Shown piece after piece: positions 1-9,481 of a stretch of DNA of 53,859 nucleotides. How positions within the stretch are numbered: position 1 is the first letter of the stretch; each line of letters opens with the position of its first letter. The position numbers and the translations under genes were made by a program. The notes under the pieces are model-generated. The model was not told where the DNA came from, did not search any database, and was given only the letters and a program-made list of their open reading frames with translations. The stretch comes from a virus (lineage: Duplodnaviria > Caudoviricetes): IMG/VR virus record IMGVR_UViG_3300030106_005380, positions 1 to 53,859 of that record; one strand, 5' to 3'.

Positions 1-3000
1 TTCCGTTGTCAGTGCAAAGCTCTGAGCCTAGTACTATGAAAGGTTGGTCGGTAGCCGTATCCTGAGTAGCATCCTCACCGCCACTTTGGTTATACCAATT
101 CACCACATGAACATCGCCAGTAAGGGGGGTGTTACCTACAGTCTCAACGTAATCTTTTGCACTGTTTGTGTTTAGTTGGGGTGAAGACACTAAAACCTCT
201 TCTCCTACTACTGCTGAATCTACTGGGTCAAATCTCAAGGCTACTGTTCCTGATCCTGTCGGGGTAGCTTCTAACTCAAATCTTTGCCACTCATCTGTTA
301 ACACAAGGTTGCTATCAAATGTAGTTGGTCCTGTAGCAGTGCCTACACCAAACCAAACTTGAAACTTTGCTTTTTTACCTATAGTTGTCCCTACTCCTTT
401 CATGTACATTGAGAACACGTATTTTTGTCCTGCAATAACATTGTTATCAGTTTTTATGATGTAAGGATCTGTCCCTGTTGCTCTTGCTGAAATTGCTGTA
501 GTTCCTCCAAACGGGTCGGTATGTCCTGTAGAGGCTATTTCTGCTTGGTTATTCGACCAACCATTTCCCATTATTGTGGAAGTGTAAGCTATCAAATTCT
601 CTTTCCCTGCGAAACTCTGTAAATCAGTCGCATCGGTGCTGTGATGCGTTGAGACTATTACTGGCGTTTGAGAATAAGTGCTTGGTGATTCTTTAGGAAG
701 TTCTGTGACAGTGACATCATCAACATAGAAAGTTTTAGTATCACCTGATGTGAAGAATGAAAGATAAGTAGAAATTTGTCCTGATGCAGTAGCAATCGCA
801 TCATAAGTGATATTTGTCCATTGCCCTTCCGTAACTGCTCTGCTAGTAAATACGCCCTGATCTGTGTTACCTAGACCCGATTGAATGTTGGCACTTCCGC
901 CTCCATCAACAGCGTAGATCCAAGCTGAAATTCTGTATCTATTCCCTGCTGTCAAGTCCAGTCCATTACTACCGCCTTGAGCAGATTGTGTTCCCTTACC
1001 ACTAGCTGACGAAGTAATTTTACGACTGTAAGTTCCACTTCGTACTACCTCAGTGGATCGTGTTTGAGTGACGGGACTTCCAAAGTCATTCCATGATGTG
1101 TCGAGTTCAAAGTCTCCATTATATAAAATATTTGATCCAGAAGATGCGTAGAGTGTTTTTTCCAACTGCATCCCAAATGCTATAATGCTTTTAGAACTAC
1201 TTTCCGCACCGCTATCAGTTTCGGCTGAATAAAACTCAGATGTTCCACCTAAATCACTTGTTGTTTTAAATGTGACGGCACACCTGTACCACCCATCATA
1301 ACCTGTGACCGCTTCAATAGTAGCACCTACGTGTGCTGTGCCTCCGTCAGTAGATCCCACTGCTCCAGTGAGTAAATTGAACCAAGTCCGTGCTGAAGAT
1401 CCTGAGTCCCAATTCATTGTACGGATGACTAGAAAATCAGCAGTTCCCTTTTTAGCGTAAATACTCAATGTAGATGTACCACTTTCTACTGTAGCTGTAG
1501 CGTGTGTGGCATTTCCAATAATTTCATAAGCATTATTGCCTCCAAAGGGATCAGCTTGTCCTCCTTTTAAAGTGGTAGGAACAGCTTGTAAACTTCCAAA
1601 GTCCTCACTGAATCCAAGAAGGTTTTGACTAGATCCTTTGATACTTGATGAGAGTGAAATTTCATCGTTGTCATCCGCATAAAGTTCCGCCTCTGTGTTA
1701 TCTTGCCTACGGATTCTCATCAAAGGCTTACCTTTGTAATCAGCATTAATCAGACGAGTAGAGAAGCCAGTTGCTGAATTTGAGTTTAAGACCTCTTTGA
1801 CTGAGACGTTGTCCCAGAACCCACGATGGTCACCAATGCCATAAAATTGCATAAGCAAGTTTCCAGTCGTGTTGGATGTGAACTCTGCACTTACGTGACC
1901 CGAACCATATAGTTGTCCAATGGTTATGTATCCTCCTCCTGGGTTAATGTAAACATTTGAATAGTTGTTTCCGCTTGTGTGAATAACATCATACTCAACT
2001 TTGTATGTTTTCCCTTTCCTTACTGGAATGGTTTGAGTGAAGGCTGAGTTTTCGGAACCTGTTCCACCAAACTTTTCAATTTGATTGCCACCATCAGAAG
2101 GTCTGAAATGAGTTCCTAAACCCCAACTACCTTCTATTATACGTACGTTGTCTATACTGCCTACAAAATCTGCACTCGCATTAAAGTAAATGTATCCGTT
2201 TGTCGTTGCTGTTAAGGCTTGGCTAAAGGTTCCAGTGGTTGTTCTAGCCGTGCCATGCGTACCACCTAATTTGACGTTTACTTGTCCTGCGGATCTGGCT
2301 GTAACGTCAAAGGTTACTGTATAAGTTTTACCAACTGTTGTGTAAATGTTTTGATAAAGTTCTGATGGTAGGGACTGGCTTCCATCACTACTTGCTACAC
2401 CACTTCCAATAGACCATCCTGACTGTTTAACCCAAACGCTGTCTGATGCAAAGTCTGCGTTGGAAATAGAAAGAGCCGTAAAGTCTCCACCTACAATCAT
2501 CTCATCAGCTTCTACGGAAACATCGAGTGGCAATGTGGTTTGGTCGGCACTTCTAAAGTCCTTTTCCAAGTCACCATTTGATACTTGAGCAGCCGTATAA
2601 TCCGCTTCATGAGAGTCATAAGAACGCCTGATGCGAGTGACGGCTGAGTTATCCCTACCATCTCTCAAAGATCTAAGACTGTGGGCTGCTTTGGCTCCCT
2701 TGTATTTGTCGAGAAGAAACGAGGTGTCTGTGAGCTTCTGGACTTGTGCGTCACTCTTTTTCTTGTTGAAGTATCGTAGTCTACGTATCCAACCACCGAG
2801 TTGAGATGTGTTATTAAATCTTGCTCCTAAGGTTAATTTGTTAAGACCCAAAGGTAGATTTACACTGTTGTCTTCTTCACCTTTGACTCCATCTTGGTAA
2901 ACAGTATGTATATCTGTTTTGTAAGTTTGCCCTAACTTAGCAATTTCTCCAGAATTTATCAAAACATCACTTGCTTTAAAATCTCCTTGGCTAGAGTTGT

Positions 3001-4549
3001 TTGAAACTATTTTTCCGTAAGCTTTATTGGAAGTACCCGCTATCCACATTTCTAACTCATCAGAAAAACTGCTGTCAGAAAAGTTGAATATCCTGCTGTA
3101 GGACGCTTCATGACCTTTCGGTAGCTGAATATCAACCACTGTAGTTCCCTCAGTGTCCTTAAAGAATCGATTGAAGTTTGTGCCATCTACCCTGACTACA
3201 TCTGCACTACGGGTGGCTGTTGAGCCTAGAGTGTTTATCAAACTGGATAAAAATCCACCTGCTTCCTGCTGGACTCCCCAACAGTAAATCCCCGAACCCT
3301 TACCAGGATTAAAGTTTGCGTGTACTGAATTTCCAAATGTATCACTAGCTGCGTCTCCCACCGACCAATAGATATAATTGTCAGTGTTGGCGTAGGTACT
3401 AGTATAAGTAAAACTTACTCTTCTCCAACCATTGCCCACATCTTCAATGGTTGCGCCCTGATTGCCCATTCCGCCATTGGTAATTACTTGACAATTAATT
3501 AGATCATAAGCTGCCCCTCTTGATGTAGCTCCTGCCTCTGACCCCCTGAGATGAGTTACAAGTCCGAAGGGTTTTATGTAAATACTCTGAGTATATTGAG
3601 TGGCATCTGCTTGATTAAATCGTGTATAAAATTCGTGTCTTGCTGCTCCTCCAGTATCATAACATTCCCCACGCCATGCGTCCCTCGCTCCTGATGGTGA
3701 GATTGCAAAGTTGTTTGTTATCGCATTGAAATTATTGATGGCATGAGTTGCCACTAACCATTGGTTTGAGTTGGCTTGTAAATTGGTTCGAGCTTCTTCA
3801 ATAAGTAATCCCTTGCTGTTTCCGTAGCCGTCAGCCGAGTAGTCGAAGCGAGGTGCTTGATAGGCTGCTCCAGAGGTTTTGTTGTAGTCAGTTGGAGTTG
3901 TAAGAAAGTTGCTTTCAAACTGCGCTCCAAATATATGTGCGTCACCGCCAGAACTGTTGTCATCATCTCCGCTCGATCCGCAAGGATAAATCCAAGGAAC
4001 AATACTACTATAGCTACCTGTAGTCGTTACACTAAATGAAACACGTTGCCAGACATTAGGAGTGACTGTTATGTTTTTATTAACATCGTCTGCACCTACA
4101 AAAGTTATAGCTAAACCAATAAGGCTTGTAGTCGGTTTTACATAAACAGACAAAGTGTATGTCTCTCCTGCTCCACCTGACCTTGCAACACCATCATAAA
4201 GTCGTTGATGATTTAATGATCCTTGCTTAACCGCCTTAAAAGATCCAGTCCCTCCAAAGGGATCAGTAACCGAGGTGTCTGCTGTAATTGTTAAACTTTG
4301 TTTTGCCCAATCGGAATGTCCAAAGTTTTCAGAGTAAACGTAGTAATTATGAGGCGCATAACAGATTTTACCCTCGCTGTTCGTCTGAGTAGCTCCCGAA
4401 GCCCTGCTGAAGTCTATGTCATCGTCGAGTATATCGCTACGCAAGAAATTATAATCCCTGCGTAATACAGGTTGTTCCTCTTGTCGTAAACGTCCGTCAG
4501 CCCTAGTTGAAGAGTTGGCAGATCGTAATGATCTGGGTATGCGTGACAT
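1..4549 (-). CDS. Large tail fibre/spike (receptor-binding) protein, N-terminal ~1516 aa, runs off left edge
   Basis: Absent from the ORF track, consistent with no in-frame stop inside the window. ATG at 4549-4547 overlaps the upstream stop (TAATG). Manual translation gives MSRIPRSLRS...DFSRASGAT...APRFDY...GLLIEEARTN...ATRSADV, then a LamG-like segment, repeated DPFGG and 'DNVSVKE'-type beta-sandwich modules, and WYNQSG in the same frame at the left edge. Confidence 0.85.
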   Translation of the reverse strand, partial: MSRIPRSLRSANSSTRADGRLRQEEQPVLRRDYNFLRSDILDDDIDFSRASGATQTNSEGKICYAPHNYYVYSENFGHSDWAKQSLTITADTSVTDPFGGTGSFKAVKQGSLNHQRLYDGVARSGGAGETYTLSVYVKPTTSLIGLAITFVGADDVNKNITVTPNVWQRVSFSVTTTGSYSSIVPWIYPCGSSGDDDNSSGGDAHIFGAQFESNFLTTPTDYNKTSGAAYQAPRFDYSADGYGNSKGLLIEEARTNLQANSNQWLVATHAINNFNAITNNFAISPSGARDAWRGECYDTGGAARHEFYTRFNQADATQYTQSIYIKPFGLVTHLRGSEAGATSRGAAYDLINCQVITNGGMGNQGATIEDVGNGWRRVSFTYTSTYANTDNYIYWSVGDAASDTFGNSVHANFNPGKGSGIYCWGVQQEAGGFLSSLINTLGSTATRSADVVRVDGTNFNRFFKDTEGTTVVDIQLPKGHEASYSRIFNFSDSSFSDELEMWIAGTSNKAYGKIVSNNSSQGDFKASDVLINSGEIAKLGQTYKTDIHTVYQDGVKGEEDNSVNLPLGLNKLTLGARFNNTSQLGGWIRRLRYFNKKKSDAQVQKLTDTSFLLDKYKGAKAAHSLRSLRDGRDNSAVTRIRRSYDSHEADYTAAQVSNGDLEKDFRSADQTTLPLDVSVEADEMIVGGDFTALSISNADFASDSVWVKQSGWSIGSGVASSDGSQSLPSELYQNIYTTVGKTYTVTFDVTARSAGQVNVKLGGTHGTARTTTGTFSQALTATTNGYIYFNASADFVGSIDNVRIIEGSWGLGTHFRPSDGGNQIEKFGGTGSENSAFTQTIPVRKGKTYKVEYDVIHTSGNNYSNVYINPGGGYITIGQLYGSGHVSAEFTSNTTGNLLMQFYGIGDHRGFWDNVSVKEVLNSNSATGFSTRLINADYKGKPLMRIRRQDNTEAELYADDNDEISLSSSIKGSSQNLLGFSEDFGSLQAVPTTLKGGQADPFGGNNAYEIIGNATHATATVESGTSTLSIYAKKGTADFLVIRTMNWDSGSSARTWFNLLTGAVGSTDGGTAHVGATIEAVTGYDGWYRCAVTFKTTSDLGGTSEFYSAETDSGAESSSKSIIAFGMQLEKTLYASSGSNILYNGDFELDTSWNDFGSPVTQTRSTEVVRSGTYSRKITSSASGKGTQSAQGGSNGLDLTAGNRYRISAWIYAVDGGGSANIQSGLGNTDQGVFTSRAVTEGQWTNITYDAIATASGQISTYLSFFTSGDTKTFYVDDVTVTELPKESPSTYSQTPVIVSTHHSTDATDLQSFAGKENLIAYTSTIMGNGWSNNQAEIASTGHTDPFGGTTAISARATGTDPYIIKTDNNVIAGQKYVFSMYMKGVGTTIGKKAKFQVWFGVGTATGPTTFDSNLVLTDEWQRFELEATPTGSGTVALRFDPVDSAVVGEEVLVSSPQLNTNSAKDYVETVGNTPLTGDVHVVNWYNQSGGEDATQDTATDQPFIVLGSELCTDNG

Positions 4550-4929
4550 TAAAATGCGTAAATATTTACGTCACCTGCTGCTGCTGACTTGAGATAGATT
4601 GTTCTTTTCTTACCAATCGTGAAACTTCTTCTATCAGATGGTGCTATAACTCCATTTTGGAAAGATGAAGCTGCAACTGGTGAAGCTGTTATTTTTGCAG
4701 GGATTGAAATAGCCCCTTCAAAGTTGATAACAAGTTCATCCAAATCCGTATCAATCTCAAATCCCGTACAGTTAACAGGTAATGTAACTTGAGTTTCATC
4801 ATTAGCCCCTAAAGTTAAACGGACGTATTTGCTTTCTGTCGTTAGATCAGGCAGTGAGTGTACTTGAGTAACTCCGTTATCCAATGGTTCAATGGATTCT
4901 CCATCAATCTTTTTGTTGAATTTATACAT
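4549..4929 (-). CDS. Hypothetical virion-associated protein
   Basis: 126-aa beta-rich ORF translationally coupled to the fibre gene; A-rich leader AACAAACTAAACACATG. Confidence 0.6.
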   Translation of the reverse strand: MYKFNKKIDGESIEPLDNGVTQVHSLPDLTTESKYVRLTLGANDETQVTLPVNCTGFEIDTDLDELVINFEGAISIPAKITASPVAASSFQNGVIAPSDRRSFTIGKKRTIYLKSAAAGDVNIYAF

Positions 4930-4954
4930 GTGTTTAGTTTGTTAAATTATTGTT

Positions 4955-5566
4955 TTATCCAATCCTATTAGCTTGCATAGACCTAGTATTCATTCCTATG
5001 CCTCTTGACCTTTTTTCTCTTGCCAGTCTTTGCATTTCTTTGCGTCTTTCCCAACTCGTTTTTCCTTGTAAATCCATTGGCTCAGACCTCATGTCCTCAG
5101 CCATAGGAAAGGCTTCCATCCACTTTTCATCATCTCTTTCCTGTTTGCTTTTTACTCCTCTAGCCCCCTTAGCAGCGTTGCCTTTTGCAGCAGCTACTTT
5201 ATTAAGGTCGTCGTAGTATGCCTTTCTCTGTCGTGAATATCTCGAACCGCCATGTCCTCGTACCTCTCCTCCAATTAATCTAATTGGGACGTTTGTGCCT
5301 CGCTGTAAGGCTCTCAATGATGTTCTGTACGGGTTAGCGTCGATTATTGCACGACCTCTTTGCTTTAACTTCCTATTCGGTGCTGCAAGATTATAGGTAG
5401 TATGCTGGCGTGGTTGTGGAGCCAATGGTCGCCATCTTTGCCTCGGAAACTGCAAGGGCTTATATGGCGTCTGTTGTTTTTGTGACATTGAAGGATACCC
5501 AGCAGGCATGGATCCCATACCTATCATAGGATTACCTCTCTTCTTGTATATAGATTTTAACGCCAT
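4955..5566 (-). CDS. K/R-rich hypothetical protein
   Basis: 203-aa, very basic ORF; first gene of the fibre operon. Confidence 0.6.
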   Translation of the reverse strand: MALKSIYKKRGNPMIGMGSMPAGYPSMSQKQQTPYKPLQFPRQRWRPLAPQPRQHTTYNLAAPNRKLKQRGRAIIDANPYRTSLRALQRGTNVPIRLIGGEVRGHGGSRYSRQRKAYYDDLNKVAAAKGNAAKGARGVKSKQERDDEKWMEAFPMAEDMRSEPMDLQGKTSWERRKEMQRLAREKRSRGIGMNTRSMQANRIG

Positions 5567-5586
5567 AATTTAAAGCCCCAGTGGCG

Positions 5587-5613
5587 TGAGTCTAAATGTC
5601 GTTTATAGACTCA
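5587..5613. promoter_or_regulatory. TGAGTC-N15-GACTCA operator-like inverted repeat
   Basis: TGAGTC taaatgtcgtttata GACTCA upstream of the 5566 gene; one copy of a genome-wide family. Confidence 0.7.
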
Positions 5614-5707
5614 AAAAGGTCAACTAAAGTTAATCAATTAGTTGTAAATCCGTATTTTGAATTGCTGCTAGGAAATTTTAGAGATTGCGTTCCTTGGATT
5701 GCAGCAT

Positions 5708-5741
5708 AAAAAAACCTCCCTCCAGTTACCCAGAGAGAGGT
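5708..5741 (-). terminator. Rho-independent terminator of the early operon
   Basis: Minus strand CCTCTCTCTGG-GTAA-CTGGAGGGAGG followed by T7, downstream of the DUF3846-like gene. Confidence 0.85.
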
Positions 5742-5814
5742 CCAATATAATAATAAGATGAGTGAAAACACTATGTTTTCTGTATTTTCTCGTTGGTAGT
5801 ACAAGAAAAAGTCT

Positions 5815-6045
5815 TTAATCCCATTTGGCTTCCTCTTCTAAAATAATTGCATTACCTAATATGATTTTTCCTGCCTGAAAGGAGGCTGGGTAATTGATTG
5901 GAAGATTGTGCATTACACCTTCTTCATTGACGAGCATTTGGTCACCGTCTTCAAGGTTAACAAGCTCAACAAGACCGCCTACAAATTGTTGTGCATCCTG
6001 TAGGCTTGGCTGTTCATCTTTCGTTCTTAGTATTTTGAGTTCCAT
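5815..6045 (-). CDS. DUF3846-like protein
   Basis: PSLQDAQQFVGGLVELV...MLVNEEG...LPIN..AS...ILGNAII pattern. Confidence 0.75.
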   Translation of the reverse strand: MELKILRTKDEQPSLQDAQQFVGGLVELVNLEDGDQMLVNEEGVMHNLPINYPASFQAGKIILGNAIILEEEAKWD

Positions 6046-6055
6046 GGTATGTAAT

Positions 6056-6931
6056 TTATAGGGTTTTGGTTACGGTGTTTGTGTTCTGTGAATTGAAGAG
6101 TAGGGGAGGTTGAGCTGAATTGATGCGACCTTCTGCCAGCTTTTTATAATCTGGATTAATCTCCACGCCTACAAAATTCCTACTGTTTTCAACAGAGACT
6201 TTGCCTGTGGTTCCAGATCCAGTAAAGGGGTCCAGTACAGTGTCGCCTGTTTGTGTTCCTGCTAGAATGCAAGGCTCTATAAGTTTCTCAGGGAAGGTAG
6301 CAAAGTGAGCGTCCTTGTAGGGCTGTGTGTTGATGGTCCATACATCACGCTTGTTTCTCGTTCCAGCGCTTGTGGTGTCAGCTACTGCATCACAGTCATA
6401 AAAATAATTTTGTGATTTGCTGAGTAAGAAAATATGCTCGTGGGATTTAGTACAGCGATCCTTAACGGGTTCTGGCATGGCGTTAGGTTTGCTCCAGATA
6501 ATGTCCTGCCTCAAATACCAGCCATCAGCCTGTAATGCAAAAGCAACTCTCCAAGGGATGCCGACTAGGTCTTTTTTCTTGAGTCCATCAATCTTGTTGT
6601 TAAGGGCTTTATGCCCGTCCCAGTTTCTACCTTCTTTGTGCTTAGGATCCTTGCCATCGCCTTTATCTCCAGTTCCGCAGTAAGTGTCGCCAAGATTTAA
6701 CCAAAGCGTTCCTGATGGCTTTAGGACTCTCTTTACCCCATCAAAAACTTTAACCATGTTTTCAGTGTATTCTTCTGGTGAAGGCTCAAGCCCTAGCTGT
6801 TCATCTCCCGTGCCGTAATTGCGTAGCCCCCAGTAAGGTGGAGAGGTAATGCAAGACTGAATAGACTCGGTAGGTAATGAATCTAGTTCAGTCCTGCAAT
6901 CTCCTAACATGATCTTTGAATCGGCTATCAT
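6056..6931 (-). CDS. Orphan DNA amino-methyltransferase (N4-C/N6-A, beta class)
   Basis: Catalytic TSPPY precedes the SAM-binding VLDPFTGSGTT; also LRQDIIWSKPN and HFATFP. No cognate restriction enzyme is evident. Confidence 0.93.
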   Translation of the reverse strand: MIADSKIMLGDCRTELDSLPTESIQSCITSPPYWGLRNYGTGDEQLGLEPSPEEYTENMVKVFDGVKRVLKPSGTLWLNLGDTYCGTGDKGDGKDPKHKEGRNWDGHKALNNKIDGLKKKDLVGIPWRVAFALQADGWYLRQDIIWSKPNAMPEPVKDRCTKSHEHIFLLSKSQNYFYDCDAVADTTSAGTRNKRDVWTINTQPYKDAHFATFPEKLIEPCILAGTQTGDTVLDPFTGSGTTGKVSVENSRNFVGVEINPDYKKLAEGRINSAQPPLLFNSQNTNTVTKTL

Positions 6932-7068
6932 TCTTCTGCGTCTGGATATTCGCCTAACATCTCCTCAATGATGTTTGTTTCGTGGTAGATCGCTCCTCCA
7001 GCGTCTTCGTAGTAATCGCCACCCTTGTGGGTGAACTCCTTAAGTTCTATGTATTCTGCAAATGTCAT
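6928..7068 (-). CDS. Small acidic hypothetical protein (46 aa)
   Basis: Manual translation MTFAEYIELKEFTHKGGDYYEDAGGAIYHETNIIEEMLGEYPDAEE; ATGA overlaps at both ends. Confidence 0.6.
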   Translation of the reverse strand: MTFAEYIELKEFTHKGGDYYEDAGGAIYHETNIIEEMLGEYPDAEE

Positions 7069-7190
7069 GATTTTTTTTCTGCTTCCATTTCTTTTTCCCA
7101 CGCCTCAATGGCCTCTTGCTCTCTGTCCTCAATCTCTTGAGCGATTTGAGTGGCGTCATTGCCTGTATATTCTCTAAGCTCTTCGATCAT
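7065..7190 (-). CDS. Small acidic hypothetical protein (41 aa)
   Basis: Manual translation MIEELREYTGNDATQIAQEIEDREQEAIEAWEKEMEAEKKS; ATGA overlaps at both ends. Confidence 0.6.
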   Translation of the reverse strand: MIEELREYTGNDATQIAQEIEDREQEAIEAWEKEMEAEKKS

Positions 7191-7408
7191 CCGTGCCATG
7201 GTTGCGGGAGTATATGTTTTAAAGATTTTTCTTCGATGCTCTCAAAGTCTCTACGCTGGTTAATCACTTCGATGATTCTCTCATCTATTTCCTTCATGCT
7301 TTCCTCAAGAAGTTCTCGTGTGCCTTCGAGGCATTTAAGTATCTCCTCAGCATGAATCCTGCTCGATTTGGCTTCGTTATAAATCTTTTTAGCTTTGCTT
7401 GTATTCAT
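7187..7408 (-). CDS. Hypothetical coiled-coil protein
   Basis: 73-aa ORF in the coupled early operon. Confidence 0.6.
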   Translation of the reverse strand: MNTSKAKKIYNEAKSSRIHAEEILKCLEGTRELLEESMKEIDERIIEVINQRRDFESIEEKSLKHILPQPWHG

Positions 7409-7432
7409 ATCAATCTATAAAAGTAGGCTCAC

Positions 7433-8203
7433 CTAGTCACGCAAATGTGAAACTTTATGTGAAAAATCATCGTAGGCTACGCTGTAAGCCTTGCTGTTAC
7501 TGCGACCTGCTGTTTTAGCGTAGATGTCAGAACATATATCCCACTGTTTCCAAGAGATTTTATCACCTCTCATCATCTGCCTTGTAACGCTGACAAGAAA
7601 ACCCTGATAAGCGTTATCTAAAAACTTTTCTAACTCTTCAAGGTCTGAGGTTCCCCACACTTTATCAAAAAAGAATCCCCAAGTTTCACAGGCTTTGAGG
7701 TAAGTAATTACAAATCTCTCACGAGCGAGCTGTGCTTCTTTCTGGTAACGGTCTTCACGTTCCTGACGTTTGACCTCAGCTAACTGCTCATTAGAAAGTT
7801 CTGGGTTTTCCTCAGAAGGAGAGGCGAGCCATATCTCGTGCTTGATCTGCTTATTCTGCTCTCTGACTGTTGCTGCCATTTTTCTGGCTGCGATCTTAGT
7901 CTTTTCACCAAGGTACTGGTCAGCCGTCTTTTGAACGCATACGTTGCCAACTATAAAGGTCTTACCTTTTGAGTCCTCGATAATGCAGTGGTGCATTAGT
8001 CCCATTCCACAGTGGTAGCAGCTACCAAGTACAACGCCATAGTTGGAAGCCTCCTTGTGAGCCATGTCAAGAGCTGCATTGTATGCGCTAGGGTTGTGTT
8101 CCGCTAAAGCAGGTGACGGTAAAAGTATGCTGCCTACAAACTCGAATGGACCTATGCCCATGCCTGACTTCTCGAAAGGGTGAATTTTTTCTGCTGTATT
8201 CAT
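7433..8203 (-). CDS. Hypothetical protein with a putative Zn finger
   Basis: CYHCGMGLMHH...VGNVCV; preceded by the conserved leader TAACTCAAAAAACTAAC. Confidence 0.7.
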   Translation of the reverse strand: MNTAEKIHPFEKSGMGIGPFEFVGSILLPSPALAEHNPSAYNAALDMAHKEASNYGVVLGSCYHCGMGLMHHCIIEDSKGKTFIVGNVCVQKTADQYLGEKTKIAARKMAATVREQNKQIKHEIWLASPSEENPELSNEQLAEVKRQEREDRYQKEAQLARERFVITYLKACETWGFFFDKVWGTSDLEELEKFLDNAYQGFLVSVTRQMMRGDKISWKQWDICSDIYAKTAGRSNSKAYSVAYDDFSHKVSHLRD

Positions 8204-8226
8204 GTTAGTTTTTTGAGTTAGTTAAA

Positions 8227-8535
8227 TTATGCGCTCCACTTATCTTTGCCTTCTGGTCCCCATCCGAAAGAATGGAAGTGCTGGAGCTTGGTTTTAAGGT
8301 CAGCTAATGCTGGTCCTCCCGCATTGTAGGAATCAGTAATGAGTCGAAGCTCTTTCCTAGGAATGTCCCATCGAGGGTCGTCCATCCACGCCTCGTCATC
8401 ATCAAGTGAATCGAAGATAGGAAAACCAATCCATTCATCCATCTCAACATCGTACTGGTAAGTGAGCTGTAGCTTCTGACCGAAGCCGAACATGAAGGTT
8501 GGAAATAAGGAAGGAAAAGAAGTTGTTTTAGCCAT
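8227..8535 (-). CDS. Hypothetical early protein
   Basis: 102-aa ORF with the conserved leader and a promoter upstream. Confidence 0.65.
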   Translation of the reverse strand: MAKTTSFPSLFPTFMFGFGQKLQLTYQYDVEMDEWIGFPIFDSLDDDEAWMDDPRWDIPRKELRLITDSYNAGGPALADLKTKLQHFHSFGWGPEGKDKWSA

Positions 8536-8563
8536 GTTAGTTTTTTGAGTTATTTAAGTTGGT

Positions 8564-8614
8564 ATTAATATGAAACATGATGACACATGAGTCAACCATA
8601 TAATTAAAGACTCA
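8564..8614 (-). promoter_or_regulatory. Sigma70-like promoter overlapping a TGAGTC-N15-GACTCA site
   Basis: Minus strand TTGACT-catgtgtcatcatgttt(17)-CATATT; dyad at 8588-8614. Confidence 0.7.
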
Positions 8615-8624
8615 CTAAGTTTTT

Positions 8625-9062
8625 TTAAAGAGCCATCAGCCCGCTACGTTGTTGTGGAGTACAGCCTTTGAAATAGAAGCCAAACTCACTAAGACCGTAG
8701 CTTGCCATTCTTGCCAACTCTTGACCATCACCCTCTACCAGAATACGGATTCTGGTCACACCATGCTTGTATAGGTAGGACAGTAAAGGCATAGAAATTT
8801 CCATGTCCTCTCCAAACATTTCTTGCAGGGTTTGCTCCGTGCTTTTTTCATAAGGGAACCATGTGAAACAAGTGTTTAGCCATGTAAACTTTTTTATATT
8901 ACCATCTACATCCATCAGGTTACTTTTGGTAATTATATCTTTGCCAGCAGTAGGGTTATATTCGTCGGTTGGAGTACCCCACCTAAAAGCTGATAGATAG
9001 ATTCTCTCAGCTTTCGGATAACTTTTTTTAACTACTTCTAGAAACTCTTCTGGTGTATCCAT
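8625..9062 (-). CDS. Hypothetical early protein
   Basis: Start moved to ATG 9062 (MDTPEE), matching the GGAGG..TAAgATG junction of its neighbours. Confidence 0.65.
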   Translation of the reverse strand: MDTPEEFLEVVKKSYPKAERIYLSAFRWGTPTDEYNPTAGKDIITKSNLMDVDGNIKKFTWLNTCFTWFPYEKSTEQTLQEMFGEDMEISMPLLSYLYKHGVTRIRILVEGDGQELARMASYGLSEFGFYFKGCTPQQRSGLMAL

Positions 9063-9063
9063 C

Positions 9064-9480
9064 TTATGCACCCTCCCTAACTGTCCATTGAGCGTGATTA
9101 TTCCAGCTCAGCCATTTCTCTTCGAATTGACTGCCTTCCTGAAGATACGGCTTAACATTCTCATCCCATGTCCAGTCAACAAATTGAAGAGGGTAAGTTC
9201 CTAAGTCAATAGTCCCTTTAGTGGTGTTAAGAACCTTCCTGCTTGTAAGGTAGCATAAATCACGCCTACAAAATTTCGTAGGGTTTGTAGGGTTAATCTT
9301 CTTGAGCCGTGCCATAATTTCCTTACTTGTCGGCAATTCTGTAAAGAGAGTTTTGTTATCCCAGAGCTTTCTATCATCCAATTCGATAGTCGTGTTAATC
9401 GGAGAGTGAAACACTCCAATGTCGTGAAACACATAGCACCCTTTCTCATCTCTAGTGAATCCTAATTGGTCAATCTTCAT
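9064..9480 (-). CDS. Hypothetical early protein
   Basis: 138-aa ORF with a GGAGG SD and a TAAgATG junction. Confidence 0.65.
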   Translation of the reverse strand: MKIDQLGFTRDEKGCYVFHDIGVFHSPINTTIELDDRKLWDNKTLFTELPTSKEIMARLKKINPTNPTKFCRRDLCYLTSRKVLNTTKGTIDLGTYPLQFVDWTWDENVKPYLQEGSQFEEKWLSWNNHAQWTVREGA

Positions 9481-9481
9481 C

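Noticed and set aside
168-4039. Track ORFs 168-362, 3754-4002 and 3857-4039
   Set aside because: They lie within the unlisted fibre reading frame 1-4549 (-).
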